Below are positions 40,953 through 51,330 of a stretch of DNA of 64,000 nt, piece after piece. This DNA comes from a virus. Each line of letters starts with the position of its first letter. The stretch's first letter is position 1. The notes under the pieces were generated by a model. The model saw only the letters and a list, made by a program, of their open reading frames with translations. It did no database searches and was not told the DNA's origin. Made by a program: the position numbers and the translations under genes. The DNA lies in the IMG/VR virus record IMGVR_UViG_3300035670_000106, positions 26,096 to 90,095 of that record; one strand, written 5' to 3'.

Positions 40953-43900
40953 ACTTTTTCTCAAACTTTCCAAAACTATAATCTGTGCCTATTTCTTGGT
41001 CAACTCCAATTGGAGACCCAGGAATAGAGCAACCTCTATCACGCTGAGTATTACGCTTTAGAATACTACAGTATTCTTCTACTAAATCATTTCTAACAAT
41101 GGAGACAATAGAGTCATGAACAAGCATAAAAATCTTAGCATCAAGATTTTTCTCTTTAATCTCATTGGCAGTTTCAATAGCCCCGAGCAGATTAATATCA
41201 GAGGCTAAAGACTGTACCTCCATATTAATCCCACTACGTACCTCATGTGCTGCAATACCTTTATCACTACTAAATACATTAGGCAACCTACGCTTACGCC
41301 CAAAAAAGGAATAAGTATACCCGTTAGTAGAAATAAATTCTTTTCTATTATCCAGCCATTGACGTAGCTTTTTAAAGGTATTAAAATACTGCTTAATAAC
41401 ATCCTGAGCGTCTTGAAGGGTCATATTCCCTCCTTCTTTGTTTACAGTATCAGCCACTTTCTGTGGCCCAGAACCGTAAAGGATTCCAAATGATCATTAT
41501 ATGTTACGAATGGGTCGTTTTGTATCCCACTCTCTCTATATTTCTATAGAGATCGGACTATATCTTCACTCCATGCTAAGTAAACCAGCAAATTCTTCCA
41601 TTTCTTTCAGTGATCTAATAAAGAAGAAATACTGTCCATTTAGTTCTACTAAACGCTCTTTGTTTTCTATATTTTGAAAATAATTCTTATAATCAACCTT
41701 AAAGTTAGACACTTCTATCCAGAAGTTACCTATTTTAAAGTCACAAATCCACCGCTTATTTGTATTAAACCAGTCAGAGTACTTTATATGAGTCTCTGGA
41801 TCAAATTTTTTAAGTATTTTATAACACTCGTACTCAAATGAAGATCCAAAAGTTATACCTTCTTCAGTAACTCTTTTATCGGAAGACCTACAGTTGGGGC
41901 AACTACCTCTATTCCTAGTATTCGGATGTACCATACCGACTAACTGATTAGTAAACTTAGTACCACATACAATGTGCTGTACTGTTATATAACCAGACTC
42001 AGACTCTGGCACTTCAGATATTAGAGTACATTTAAAGTTTTCTAGCAGCAGCTCTTCTAGCTCTTCCTTACGTTTTTTCCAAGGTAAATTGCCTGCTTTA
42101 CACTTTGGACAACCTAATAGGCTTCCGCTTAAGGAGGTAATGGTAGTACTGTGCAAATATCCACAGTCTAAACATTCCAGAGCTACCTTATCACGATTAC
42201 TCTTTAAAGTGCTTGGATTAGTTATTAGCTTATATCTAAGCCGATCACACTCTACAACCGCCCTTTTTGCTGCTTCTAATGGTTTTTCATACTCTGGGTT
42301 TAATAGTTTTACAAATTCACTGGTTTTTATACCATATCTAGATTGAAGCGTTTGCCTAGACATTCCTTTTGGGAACTTGGCAATATACTCTACTACATTA
42401 ATTGGTATACTTAAATTATTTTCAATATAAAAATCTCTTGCGGATAAAACCGCCTCTTCTAACGTTTGTTCTTTCATGTCATGCCCCCTTTTTCGAGTAA
42501 ACTTTCACCCTACTCCTTTCGGATAGTCTCTGAACCTTTTGCCCATTGTTTAATATTATACACCATTAGCGGCATGCCGTCAATGATAATTTTTATTATG
42601 GCCAACTTGGCTGCTGATTTTCCAATCCCCACACTTTTTAACTATCAAGCTTACTGTTACCAGTTACTTTGTAGTAGTGGGGCTCTAAGGACTTTCCAGC
42701 AATTTAAGGGGTTTATAGGCGGCTATCTATTGGTTAACCGCCTTTGCAGCTTGCCTGTCTAACGGGTATAGCTTCTTTACGTCATCTACCTCGCAGGGAA
42801 GATTGAACACCATCTTTGCAATTGTAGAATGGAAGTCTCCTTTTGACACAAATACTTTCTGAAGATTCTTATCTCCTGAAAGGACTGCAGCATAATACAT
42901 CTCAGCTGTAGTTAAATCCTGCGAAACAATACAGTATCCTTCAGGGGCTTGTATACACCCCTTAATAATAGGGTCATCCCTAGGAATCTGTTGCGCGTTA
43001 AACTTACCACTAGAGCTTAAACGCCCGGAAGACGTGAAAGTTAGATTAAAATTGGTACGAATTCTACTATCCTTATCTAGCTCAGGTAAAATCTTGCTAA
43101 TATAAGAGCTTCTAATTTTTCCCAATTGGCGCACAGCTAAAATTGCTTTAGGTAGTGGATGGTCACTACTAAGTTCTTCAAGAACTTCCGCGTCAGTACT
43201 TAATGCTCCTGTTTTAGTCAGCTTACCTGTAGGAGTCAACTTAAGATAGTCAAAAAGCACTACGCGTAGCTGTTGGACAGAGTTTGGGTTAAATATTTTA
43301 CCTGTATCTTGTTCAAACTTTTTTACTTCCTCGAACTCGTATATCTTCTCCTTAGCAGCAAGAATCTCCTGATCCAGATACTGTTCAGCAGCCCTTAGTC
43401 TCTCTTTAGACATGGGGATACCGACCTCTTCCATGTCAAGAAGAAACTGTACTCCTGGAATTAGAAGTTTAGTGTATACTCCCTCCAATTTGGGGTTTGC
43501 TGCAATTAGAGGTCTAAACTTGTTGTGTAGCTCTAAAGTTACGGCAGTATCAATCGCAGCGTACTCTGCAATAATATCGAATGGAATAAGATCGTAGGTA
43601 AACTCTTCTTTAAGAATGCCGACTGCTCTACAGTATTCTTCTTTAAAGTCGTCCAGTTTTTTATCATAGTCACCGTATGTAGTAAATTTAATAGCCAATT
43701 GTTTAAGACCATGCGTACCCTCTGATTCATCTAATACATAGTGTTCTACCATAGTATCATCACAGTCAGGTTTAAACCTAAGCTGGAAGTGATATTCCAG
43801 CATCTTCTGGTCGAACTTACGGTTATGGAATACTATTTGCTTAGTATCAAGAATGCGCTGTAGTAGCTCTAGGGCTTCTTCTGTGACAGCATCAGAAGCA

Positions 43901-44445
43901 ATATATCTTCCATGGTTTTGCTTATAGCTGATAGATATACCAAGTACGTAGCCATCTCTTGGATAGAGAGCTGTTGTCTCCGTGTCGAGTGCAACAACCT
44001 GCGCTTCGCTATTAAGGACTTCTTGTAGGAAGTTAAGTGCTTCTTTCTCATTTTCTATTCCTTTAAAATCCCCCGTTACGGAGGTGTTAGTAATCTCTTT
44101 TGAAATATACTTTTTAATCTGAGATAGCGCGCGCTCAAATTCTGGCTTTCCTTCCGGTTTAAAACTAAGCATTGCAGGATTAGTGATAGGCAAATACTTA
44201 TCCTGAATTAATAGTCCCGCAGTGTTAGTTACCGATTCTTTTGTAAAATACTTAGTAGCTTCAGAACCAACAAGAATAATAAAATCGTATAGATCAACGT
44301 CAATATCAATGTCCACATCCTTTTTTAGAACCTTCTGTAAGTACACAGAAGATAGATGAAATTTATCGTATTCAAATTCAAAATAGTTAGAGTAATTAAC
44401 TTTTGAGGGACACTTCTCTACAATTGCAATCTTAGCCATTAACAT
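40918..44445 (-). CDS. Family A DNA polymerase, spliced: exon 1 44445-42737, exon 2 41494-40918
   Basis: 3'-5' exo DTET; motif A QDLTTAEM; motif B RQAAKAV|SFGILYG restored by splicing; motif C LVHDSI. Confidence 0.92.
41495..42736 (-). mobile_element. Group I intron in DNA polymerase motif B
   Basis: Exon ends GCGGU, pairing with IGS GCCGCC; core elements AAUUGCUGGAAA, UCAGCAG, CAGAGACUA, AAGAUAUAGUCC; terminal G; splicing gives GT+A = Val in frame. Confidence 0.9.
41566..42477 (-). CDS. Intron-encoded putative homing endonuclease (Zn-ribbon repeats plus PD-(D/E)xK-like C-terminus)
   Basis: CLDC, CPKC, HIVC, CPNC; S.FE...CDFKIGNFWIEV. Confidence 0.75.
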   Translation of the reverse strand: MKEQTLEEAVLSARDFYIENNLSIPINVVEYIAKFPKGMSRQTLQSRYGIKTSEFVKLLNPEYEKPLEAAKRAVVECDRLRYKLITNPSTLKSNRDKVALECLDCGYLHSTTITSLSGSLLGCPKCKAGNLPWKKRKEELEELLLENFKCTLISEVPESESGYITVQHIVCGTKFTNQLVGMVHPNTRNRGSCPNCRSSDKRVTEEGITFGSSFEYECYKILKKFDPETHIKYSDWFNTNKRWICDFKIGNFWIEVSNFKVDYKNYFQNIENKERLVELNGQYFFFIRSLKEMEEFAGLLSME

Positions 44446-45295
44446 ATTCCTTTATACTGTTTATATAATCCTGTGATAATTCCCCCGGATCTTGGTTATC
44501 TTCTAGTGTAATAATTTCACATTCTAGTTCTAATTGTTCTATAGCTGGTTTTAGTTTTTTGGCTGCTTCTCTGCCAGCATCATCCCCATCAAACATTATA
44601 AATACCTTAGTAACACCCTGCATCTTATACTGTTGTAATTTACTTTTTGTATCCTTCTGCATAGAGTTTGTACCAAATACACACACAGTATTATGCAGCC
44701 CCTTATCATAACAATTAAGAAAGTCAAAAATACCTTCAACTAATACTATACTTTGGGTTCCCCTCTCAAGTTTTGCAGGGAATGCCAGCGGATGTGACCC
44801 GCTAGGATAAAACAAATACTTAGGGGTTCCTTGTGATAGGGTTAAACGTCCTTGAAAGCACACAATCTTTCCAGTAATGTCTCTAATAGGGAAGATAATT
44901 CTATCTTCAAAACCTCTTAGCTCCTTAGACTCCCCAGGTAAATAGAACGCTTCAAACTTCTGAAGCGTTCCAGCACTAATATTTCTAAAAGATCTAAGGT
45001 ATGGAATAGCTACGGGAGGAATCTCCAGGCCTGTATTTGCTATTTTTAATGCGGCTAGTTTTTCTTTTAATTTTGCTACTTTAATAAAGGTATGGTTAGA
45101 TAATATACCATAGTACTTAAAAATATCCCCTTTAAAACCACAGGAAAAGCAATGAAATACTCCTGTGGTTTTATCCACTCGCATAGAAGGATTATTATCA
45201 TCATGTTCTGGATTTAGACATTTAATTAAATAGTCTCTACCAGAAGGCATGTAACTAATACTTTTTTCTTTTAATAAATCTGCCACGTAGTCCAT
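44432..45295 (-). CDS. DNA primase (DnaG-type)
   Basis: CLNPEHDD..PS, FHCFSCG, RIIFPI, LVEGIFD, FDGDDAG TOPRIM. Confidence 0.92.
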   Translation of the reverse strand: MDYVADLLKEKSISYMPSGRDYLIKCLNPEHDDNNPSMRVDKTTGVFHCFSCGFKGDIFKYYGILSNHTFIKVAKLKEKLAALKIANTGLEIPPVAIPYLRSFRNISAGTLQKFEAFYLPGESKELRGFEDRIIFPIRDITGKIVCFQGRLTLSQGTPKYLFYPSGSHPLAFPAKLERGTQSIVLVEGIFDFLNCYDKGLHNTVCVFGTNSMQKDTKSKLQQYKMQGVTKVFIMFDGDDAGREAAKKLKPAIEQLELECEIITLEDNQDPGELSQDYINSIKEYVNG

Positions 45296-46678
45296 TTAAG
45301 CATCCCAAGGTAGATCAGTTGCTTCTTCTTCAACTTTTTGAGACTTCTTTCCAGCTTTCTTGATAGTCTCCTTCTCTTTTGGAGGTTCAATAGAGGTTGG
45401 AATAATACGCAAACTATCCCAATCTATAGCGCTGGTAAACTTCATTTCTCTGCCTCCGCGAATCTTAGTTGTATCAAAAGACATTGCTCCTGAATCTTTG
45501 TCATGCGCTTCCATTACCAAAGCAATATCAGCAGCATCAAGAATACCTTTAGCAAACCTAGCTTCCCCAGTTGCGTCAATTTGGTAAGGACTTACCAAGA
45601 CGACGTCATACTTACGAGCTATCTCTTTTAGTTTTTTAGAAACAATTACTTGAGGCTGCCAATCAAACTGGCTGAAGCCTCCTTCAATTACGATCTGGTT
45701 TAGATAATCCACTACAACTGTCGTCAACTTGTCACCAAATCGGGCCTTGGCCTTACCAATGTGCAAATCGACGCTACTTAGGGTCAATGATCTATCATCA
45801 ACAATAATCATTTGATTATCGGGCTTTAGCGTACAATTTCTGACTAAGTTTTGCTCGAATTTAAATCTATCTCTATGCGAAAGAAAATCTTGTACTACCC
45901 CATCACTGTCTTGAAACATACCAGCTCTAGCTTTAACGAGACGTAAAATTTCGTCATCACTAAGCTTATTTTGTTTCAAATTCTGATGACTGATGTTAGC
46001 TAGAATAGACATAGTACGTTGTAGTGTTTCATACCCTGTCATCTCGATAGAGAAATAAATGGCAGAATTACCCATCTCATACTGATTAACCATTAGGTTA
46101 TTACTAGCAATAGATTTTCCTGAGCCGCGCTTGCCGCCGATTAAAATAAGTTCTTGACGTGCGACGCCATTAAGAGTAGCATCAAAAGTATTATTCAGCC
46201 CAAGATACACTCTATTTCTAGAAATTTCATCTTCTGGCTGGAAGAGCATAATGTCACTCATAGAATAGACACCCTCTGTAGTAAGGGTCTTCTCATCTAG
46301 AGTAAGTACAATATTTGCTAAGTTATCCTTTATTTCTTCAGTATCGTATAATGGGAGCTTATCTACAAACTTATCTAGTAGTTTAATAGTTTCTGATTGT
46401 GTGTATTGGTCAATTAGTGCATCAAGAGCTACATCTGCGCTAATCTCGTCTGCTTCTATAAGTTTAATTGCCGCTACTATTTTTGATGTGGCTCCCTCTC
46501 TTAGAGAGAGCTCCAAATCCTCAAAGGTAGGAAGCTCACTATACTTATCATAGTGTCTAGCTATAGCACTATACACAGCACTATATGCGCTATCTAAAAA
46601 TACGAGTTTTAGTTTTGCCCAAATGTCTAAGTTTCGCTCTTTCAGCAGCTTATGCAAAACTACTGCTGAGGTCTCCAT
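45296..46678 (-). CDS. Replicative DnaB-like helicase (T5 D6-like)
   Basis: GKRGSGKS, FSIEM, VVDYLNQI, ARFAKGILDAAD. Confidence 0.9.
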   Translation of the reverse strand: METSAVVLHKLLKERNLDIWAKLKLVFLDSAYSAVYSAIARHYDKYSELPTFEDLELSLREGATSKIVAAIKLIEADEISADVALDALIDQYTQSETIKLLDKFVDKLPLYDTEEIKDNLANIVLTLDEKTLTTEGVYSMSDIMLFQPEDEISRNRVYLGLNNTFDATLNGVARQELILIGGKRGSGKSIASNNLMVNQYEMGNSAIYFSIEMTGYETLQRTMSILANISHQNLKQNKLSDDEILRLVKARAGMFQDSDGVVQDFLSHRDRFKFEQNLVRNCTLKPDNQMIIVDDRSLTLSSVDLHIGKAKARFGDKLTTVVVDYLNQIVIEGGFSQFDWQPQVIVSKKLKEIARKYDVVLVSPYQIDATGEARFAKGILDAADIALVMEAHDKDSGAMSFDTTKIRGGREMKFTSAIDWDSLRIIPTSIEPPKEKETIKKAGKKSQKVEEEATDLPWDA

Positions 46679-46966
46679 TTAAGATCCTAACTTAGCTAAA
46701 ATATCCTGAATAACATCATCTACTACTTCATCAACTTTATATAGGAATTCTCTCTTGACCTTATGTATATCTTCGTGGTCATAATACGCGGAAAGTAAGT
46801 CTCCAGTAAGCATGCGTTGTACTGCAAAGTAAAGATGGTCGATTGGAGTATCAGAGTCTGGAAGCAGGGTAACAGTAGCCCTAGAGCCATAGTTCTGTTC
46901 TGCTTGTCTAATAACTTCTTCTGGCAGGAAGCTAAGGTTATCTCTATATTTAACAATTACCTGCAT
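46679..46966 (-). CDS. Hypothetical protein
   Basis: GGAG RBS, 95 aa. Confidence 0.55.
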   Translation of the reverse strand: MQVIVKYRDNLSFLPEEVIRQAEQNYGSRATVTLLPDSDTPIDHLYFAVQRMLTGDLLSAYYDHEDIHKVKREFLYKVDEVVDDVIQDILAKLGS

Positions 46967-46980
46967 TTCAATTCTCCAAT

Positions 46981-47016
46981 AAAAAGGGCGAGAGTAAACA
47001 ACCTCCCGCCCTTATT
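46981..47016 (-). terminator. Probable terminator after D5
   Basis: AAGGGCG...CGCCCTT hairpin with U-tract on - strand. Confidence 0.6.
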
Positions 47017-47027
47017 CTTATTTTAGG

Positions 47028-47777
47028 TTAAGCAGCAGCTTTTTTACCTTCTGCTTTAGCTTTCTTTTGAGCACCATCATAATCTGCCACTTTAATACCT
47101 CTGCGGGTAAGCAAAGTACGAACGCCACGCTCGGTCTTATCAACAGCTTTAGCAATATCTGCTACTGTCATATTAGCAATACCAGCGCCAAGTGCATCAA
47201 CTGCATCCCCAGTATCTTTAGCATGAGACTCTTTTTGAGCAGGAATGCTGGTAATATGTCCAGCACGAAGTAGGCTAAGAGCTTTACCACGAACTGAAGG
47301 AATAGATTTAGCTAGTGCAGTTGCAATGTCCTCAATAAAGGCACCACTTTGAACTAACTGTACGAACTTAGCTTCTTCAGCTTCTGAGTAACTACGAGCA
47401 ACTTCGACCTTTTCAGCTGCTTTGATAGAACCAGTCAACTCAAGGGCTAGAACTTTACCTTGGATTTGCTTATGATTAAACTTACCACCAGCAAAAAGCT
47501 CTGAGATTTCTTTATAAGTGTAAGCACCTGGATTTGCATTAATAAATTCAGCAAGTGCTTGACCTTCTGCTTCGCTAAAGGCTGAAGTGCGTTCTTTAGC
47601 CATTGAAGCAACTTCTAGATCCAACTGACGCAGTTTAGCTGCAACTGAACGAACAGTGAAACCAAGAACTTCAGCAGCTTTCTCAACTGCGATTACGGAA
47701 ACGGGAGACTCGTTACCGACGATAGACATAAGTTGCTCGACGGTTGCTTCAGACCATTTTTTAGCTTTTTCAGACAT
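47028..47777 (-). CDS. DNA-binding protein (T5 D5-like)
   Basis: Repeated HTH-like units (RSVAAKLR, SVRGKALSL, KTERGVRTLLTRRG). Confidence 0.8.
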   Translation of the reverse strand: MSEKAKKWSEATVEQLMSIVGNESPVSVIAVEKAAEVLGFTVRSVAAKLRQLDLEVASMAKERTSAFSEAEGQALAEFINANPGAYTYKEISELFAGGKFNHKQIQGKVLALELTGSIKAAEKVEVARSYSEAEEAKFVQLVQSGAFIEDIATALAKSIPSVRGKALSLLRAGHITSIPAQKESHAKDTGDAVDALGAGIANMTVADIAKAVDKTERGVRTLLTRRGIKVADYDGAQKKAKAEGKKAAA

Positions 47778-48531
47778 GTGTATTTACCTTTTCTTGAATA
47801 AAATCATTAAGATTTGTGATAATTGGAATAAGATATTCTTCAGCTTTTTTACGCTTAGAACTTTGTTTGTTTTCTTCATCAACAAGATACTGCGTTTGTT
47901 TTGTAACATTGTCAGTAACTTTATAACCTAGGCTATTAAGTATCTCTGCAGCTTCGGCTTTTGTCTTAAAAGATTTAAGTTTACCAGTGATACAGATTGG
48001 AATTGCATCATTAGAAACTGTACTGCTATTTTCAAAAGTAAAAGGAAGAAAGTCCTTTAACTCTTGATACTCGGTTTCTAGCCACTCTAGAATATTGGCA
48101 GTGGCTTTATCCCCAAGACCTGCTTGCTTACAAGTCTCTTGGTTAATTTCATCTAAATTTTTAACTACTTGTGAGAGTTTTGTTCCCGCAGTATTTCCAA
48201 TAAGAGGAATTGAGAACGACGCAATTACTGAAGCTAGTGGGGCTAGTTTTGCACGGCTGATTTCTCCTAAAAGTTTATCTACTACTTTTTCACTACCAAG
48301 TGAGTGAATTGCAGCATCCCTATCGAGATAAAATAGTTCTGCTATAGACTCAAGCTGCAATTTCTCAACTGTCTTCTGCCCCATACCCTTAATACCGAGG
48401 GTCTTACAAAAATGCTCTAGTTTTTTATTTAGCTGGTCTGGGCAAGCTGAGTTCTTGCAGAACAATTGCTCATTAATCAGTACTAATGTAGTAGCGCATG
48501 TAGGACAGTGTGTTGGGATTTGTATTTTCAT
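47770..48531 (-). CDS. ligB: NAD-dependent DNA ligase subunit B (Zn finger, HhH, BRCT)
   Basis: PTHCPTC...FCKNSAC, IKGMGQKT, CITGKL...VTKQTQYLV. Confidence 0.88.
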   Translation of the reverse strand: MKIQIPTHCPTCATTLVLINEQLFCKNSACPDQLNKKLEHFCKTLGIKGMGQKTVEKLQLESIAELFYLDRDAAIHSLGSEKVVDKLLGEISRAKLAPLASVIASFSIPLIGNTAGTKLSQVVKNLDEINQETCKQAGLGDKATANILEWLETEYQELKDFLPFTFENSSTVSNDAIPICITGKLKSFKTKAEAAEILNSLGYKVTDNVTKQTQYLVDEENKQSSKRKKAEEYLIPIITNLNDFIQEKVNTHV

Positions 48532-48557
48532 AGTTAATTCATCAGTTTATAAATAAT

Positions 48558-48586
48558 ATTATACGCTAATCGAATAAAGAAATCAA
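48558..48586 (-). promoter_or_regulatory. sigma70 promoter between ligase subunits
   Basis: TTGATT-17-TATAAT. Confidence 0.8.
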
Positions 48587-48606
48587 GTTCAATTTTTTGA
48601 TGCCCA

Positions 48607-49563
48607 TCACTCTACTTTATGGGTTATACAAGGAATAATTTCGCCTGCACGGATAACATGTACTGTATCCCCGATCTCAATTCCTAACTGTTCAATAAAC
48701 CCAACATTATTAAGTGTTGCTCGTGTAACTGTTGCATCGTTAAGAACTACAGGATCTAGAATAGCTACTGGAGTAACTTTTCCGGATTTACCCACCTGCC
48801 ATACAACATCAAGAATTTTAGTTTCAGCACCCTCTGATCGCTCTTTAAGAGCGTAAGCACCTCGTGGATGTTTAGAAGTATACCCCAGCTCCTCAAATCT
48901 TTTATTAGAGTTGACTCTAAAAACTACTCCATCAGTTGGGTAAATTTTATCTAGCTCTGGGTTATTAACGATAATATTGAAACCTATGCGCTTTAGTAGT
49001 AGCATATCCTCTACATACGTTGCATTAGTGTGTGGCTGCAGACCATACGCAAAGAATTCAATAGCACGCGTTTTAAACTCATCTACACTCTTTAGATTGA
49101 GTGCGCCCGCAGCATAGTTGCGAGCGTTGGGGATATGTTTTGGAGCAGCCACTTCTCCAGTAATCTGCACTACCCCGTCATGATTAAGCTCTTTTGGCAC
49201 TAGATTAGTAGCTAAGAACTTATCAGTAATATCAGTACCCTCAACACCATTACCGCGAGTAAGAACTCTAGTTAGCTTACCCCCTACATACAGCAAAGAA
49301 ATAGCAGCACCGTCTAGCTTATGAGAATGTGAAATATCTTTCTCATTCTCTAATGGGTTTTTCATATCTTCACCCTCATAAAACTTCTGAAGGCTATACA
49401 TCTGAAAACAGTGCTTAAATACATTACTATGCTGTTTACTTCCAACTTTTTTGTATCCGATTGAATCCGCAAGGCTGTCAAAAACCTCGTCCGAAATGAT
49501 AGGTGTTCCCTTGTAGTATGCTTCGGAGCACTTATCAAGGTATCTTTCAATCGTAGAGTCCAT
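48607..49563 (-). CDS. ligA: NAD-dependent DNA ligase subunit A (adenylation and OB domains)
   Basis: YYKG.P.ISD..FD, KLDGAA, TRGNG, RNYAAG, DGVVF, RATLNN, RAGEIIP. Confidence 0.9.
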   Translation of the reverse strand: MDSTIERYLDKCSEAYYKGTPIISDEVFDSLADSIGYKKVGSKQHSNVFKHCFQMYSLQKFYEGEDMKNPLENEKDISHSHKLDGAAISLLYVGGKLTRVLTRGNGVEGTDITDKFLATNLVPKELNHDGVVQITGEVAAPKHIPNARNYAAGALNLKSVDEFKTRAIEFFAYGLQPHTNATYVEDMLLLKRIGFNIIVNNPELDKIYPTDGVVFRVNSNKRFEELGYTSKHPRGAYALKERSEGAETKILDVVWQVGKSGKVTPVAILDPVVLNDATVTRATLNNVGFIEQLGIEIGDTVHVIRAGEIIPCITHKVE

Positions 49564-49777
49564 TAGTAACTGTATCCTCAAAGGTTGCGAAAAGTTTTTC
49601 AAACTTAAAGTTTAGTAGAGTCTTATATCCAATAAGGATATTGAGGCAGTCATCAGTACTAGCTCGATTATCTCCTATGGCTTCAATCAGTGTATCAATA
49701 CCATCTACCATATTCCAGGCACCGAAAATATCCTGCTCTAAATCAAACCTATTTTTGGGGGTCATCTCATTCTCCAT
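49547..49777 (-). CDS. Conserved small phage protein
   Basis: RFDLEQ.I...W...D...KFEKL..TFE motif. Confidence 0.55.
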   Translation of the reverse strand: MENEMTPKNRFDLEQDIFGAWNMVDGIDTLIEAIGDNRASTDDCLNILIGYKTLLNFKFEKLFATFEDTVTNGLYD

Positions 49778-49784
49778 TTTAAAT

Positions 49785-49813
49785 ATTATACACTATACAG
49801 TAAAAGATTTCAA
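49785..49813 (-). promoter_or_regulatory. sigma70 promoter
   Basis: TTGAAA-17-TATAAT. Confidence 0.7.
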
Positions 49814-50092
49814 GTTTGAAATTTTATCACTAAAATGTTTTTCTATACCATCAATACCTTCTGACTTTGCTACTAATTCTAGTAGCCCATCAAGAAGAGC
49901 ATATACATTACTAATCGTGGCTTCCATGGAGGCTCCTTCCTTAGTAGGGATGTAACCATCATCAAATGATAGGAAGTACTTTCTCAGATGAAGATACTGC
50001 TTACCTCTAAACTCATTAAGAACTAGACGTAACTGCATCTCCTTATCTGGATTTTCATGTATAATTTTTTCGTAAAGCACTTCACTATCCAC
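49793..50092 (-). CDS. PC4-like ssDNA-binding / transcription coactivator protein
   Basis: NEFRGKQYLHLRKYF....G..PTKEG. Confidence 0.75.
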   Translation of the reverse strand: MDSEVLYEKIIHENPDKEMQLRLVLNEFRGKQYLHLRKYFLSFDDGYIPTKEGASMEATISNVYALLDGLLELVAKSEGIDGIEKHFSDKISNLKSFTV

Positions 50093-50111
50093 GCACGAAA
50101 CTCCTTATACC

Positions 50112-50966
50112 TTAAAATTTCTGACCTTGGGCGCTGGCATACATTTCTATCTCCCAAAGTTTTCTGAACTGAATCCATCCGCGTAGATTTCCACTAGACT
50201 GAAATGGGGTAATAGCTGGACTAGCTTGGTGTTCCAATGGAGAAGCATGTAGTGGTACACTTCCTGCTAGTCTTTGAAATAGGGCCAAATCATCATCTAT
50301 ATTAGGAGCTGTCCCATCATGCTTTAGATAACTCACTCTACAACATCTAGCTGCAGATATTTTCTTTAACATATTTCGATTAGCTTCAAGTTTAAAGAAG
50401 CTATCTTCTTTTTCATCTTCGGAAATGTAAGGAAGATGCCATTCTCCTATTTCTAGTCTAGTGGGTTTACTAGTGTTAATAGCTTGTCGCATCTTAACCG
50501 CAAGTTCGTGAATTTCCGGCTGTGCATCCGGATGTGCACGGAGTTCAAACCAATTATCCCATTCTGTAGAAGTAACGATTCCGTGGGCCCATAGATAGGG
50601 TTCAATCAGTCTATTAACTATCTGCTTATGCGCTCCTAGAGCACTCAAACTAGAAGCTTGATCAGAAGCTAGTTTAGCTGATCTAAGCCATATAGCTTTA
50701 GCTGCATCAATTTCTTCCGAAGTCATTTCCTCATTGGCCTGCATACCAGGTTGGTTTTTGCCCCAATGAACAGGCATAGCTGGATCTGTGCGAACTTGTT
50801 GAATTAGTTTCGCTGTAGGTATCGCACGAGAGCTAGAAAAGTTCCTACTAAATACTCTATGCGTATTAAACTCTGGAAGAATAAACCTCTGGAATTTTAG
50901 CTGTAGTGTTGTAATGCGTTTGCCAGTATCACTAATTGAATCTGCAATTACTTTAGCTTCAATCAT
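50112..50966 (-). CDS. thyX: FAD-dependent thymidylate synthase (ThyX-like)
   Basis: EFNTHRVFSRN.SSSRAIP, HKQIVNRL.EP, AQPEI, HASPLEHQA. Confidence 0.8.
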   Translation of the reverse strand: MIEAKVIADSISDTGKRITTLQLKFQRFILPEFNTHRVFSRNFSSSRAIPTAKLIQQVRTDPAMPVHWGKNQPGMQANEEMTSEEIDAAKAIWLRSAKLASDQASSLSALGAHKQIVNRLIEPYLWAHGIVTSTEWDNWFELRAHPDAQPEIHELAVKMRQAINTSKPTRLEIGEWHLPYISEDEKEDSFFKLEANRNMLKKISAARCCRVSYLKHDGTAPNIDDDLALFQRLAGSVPLHASPLEHQASPAITPFQSSGNLRGWIQFRKLWEIEMYASAQGQKF

Positions 50967-50983
50967 TGAATATCCTTATAAAT

Positions 50984-51011
50984 TAAAAAAGCCCCAAGAG
51001 GGGCTTCTTTT
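50984..51011 (-). terminator. Probable terminator
   Basis: AAAAAAGCCCC-AAGA-GGGGCTT. Confidence 0.65.
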
Positions 51012-51330
51012 AGTCAAAGTAGACTTGATCTACATAGTCAAAGAAGTCTTCCTCACTAAGGATCTTAGCTGTAGTATCACAAGGAGGGGTAGTACAAGAA
51101 TCTTCGGGACTCCACTCATACATAAACCAGTAGGTATCTTCTAGGAGATCATCATCATCTAGGATGAAATCCAGTAGCATATCATTTGTATACCCAAGAC
51201 TAGCTGCGTAAATATTATCTACAAACATTTCATAAATGTCATCAGGCAATTTAGCCTGCCATTTCCTGCGAGTCTCTGCTTCTGTCTTCAGATTCTTAAT
51301 AAGGTCAAAGTACTCTTCTTTATTAATCAT
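51010..51330 (-). CDS. Hypothetical acidic protein
   Basis: 106-aa ORF coupled to upstream gene. Confidence 0.55.
   Translation of the reverse strand: MINKEEYFDLIKNLKTEAETRRKWQAKLPDDIYEMFVDNIYAASLGYTNDMLLDFILDDDDLLEDTYWFMYEWSPEDSCTTPPCDTTAKILSEEDFFDYVDQVYFD

Noticed and set aside
42466-42762. 98-aa + strand ORF
   Set aside because: Antisense to the intron catalytic core; no RBS or protein-like features.
40918-44445. Polymerase apparently broken or frameshifted
   Set aside because: Explained by a group I intron with in-frame splice junctions.
47770-49563. NAD ligase in two ORFs as a pseudogene or novelty
   Set aside because: Split LigA/LigB is the normal state in T5-like phages.
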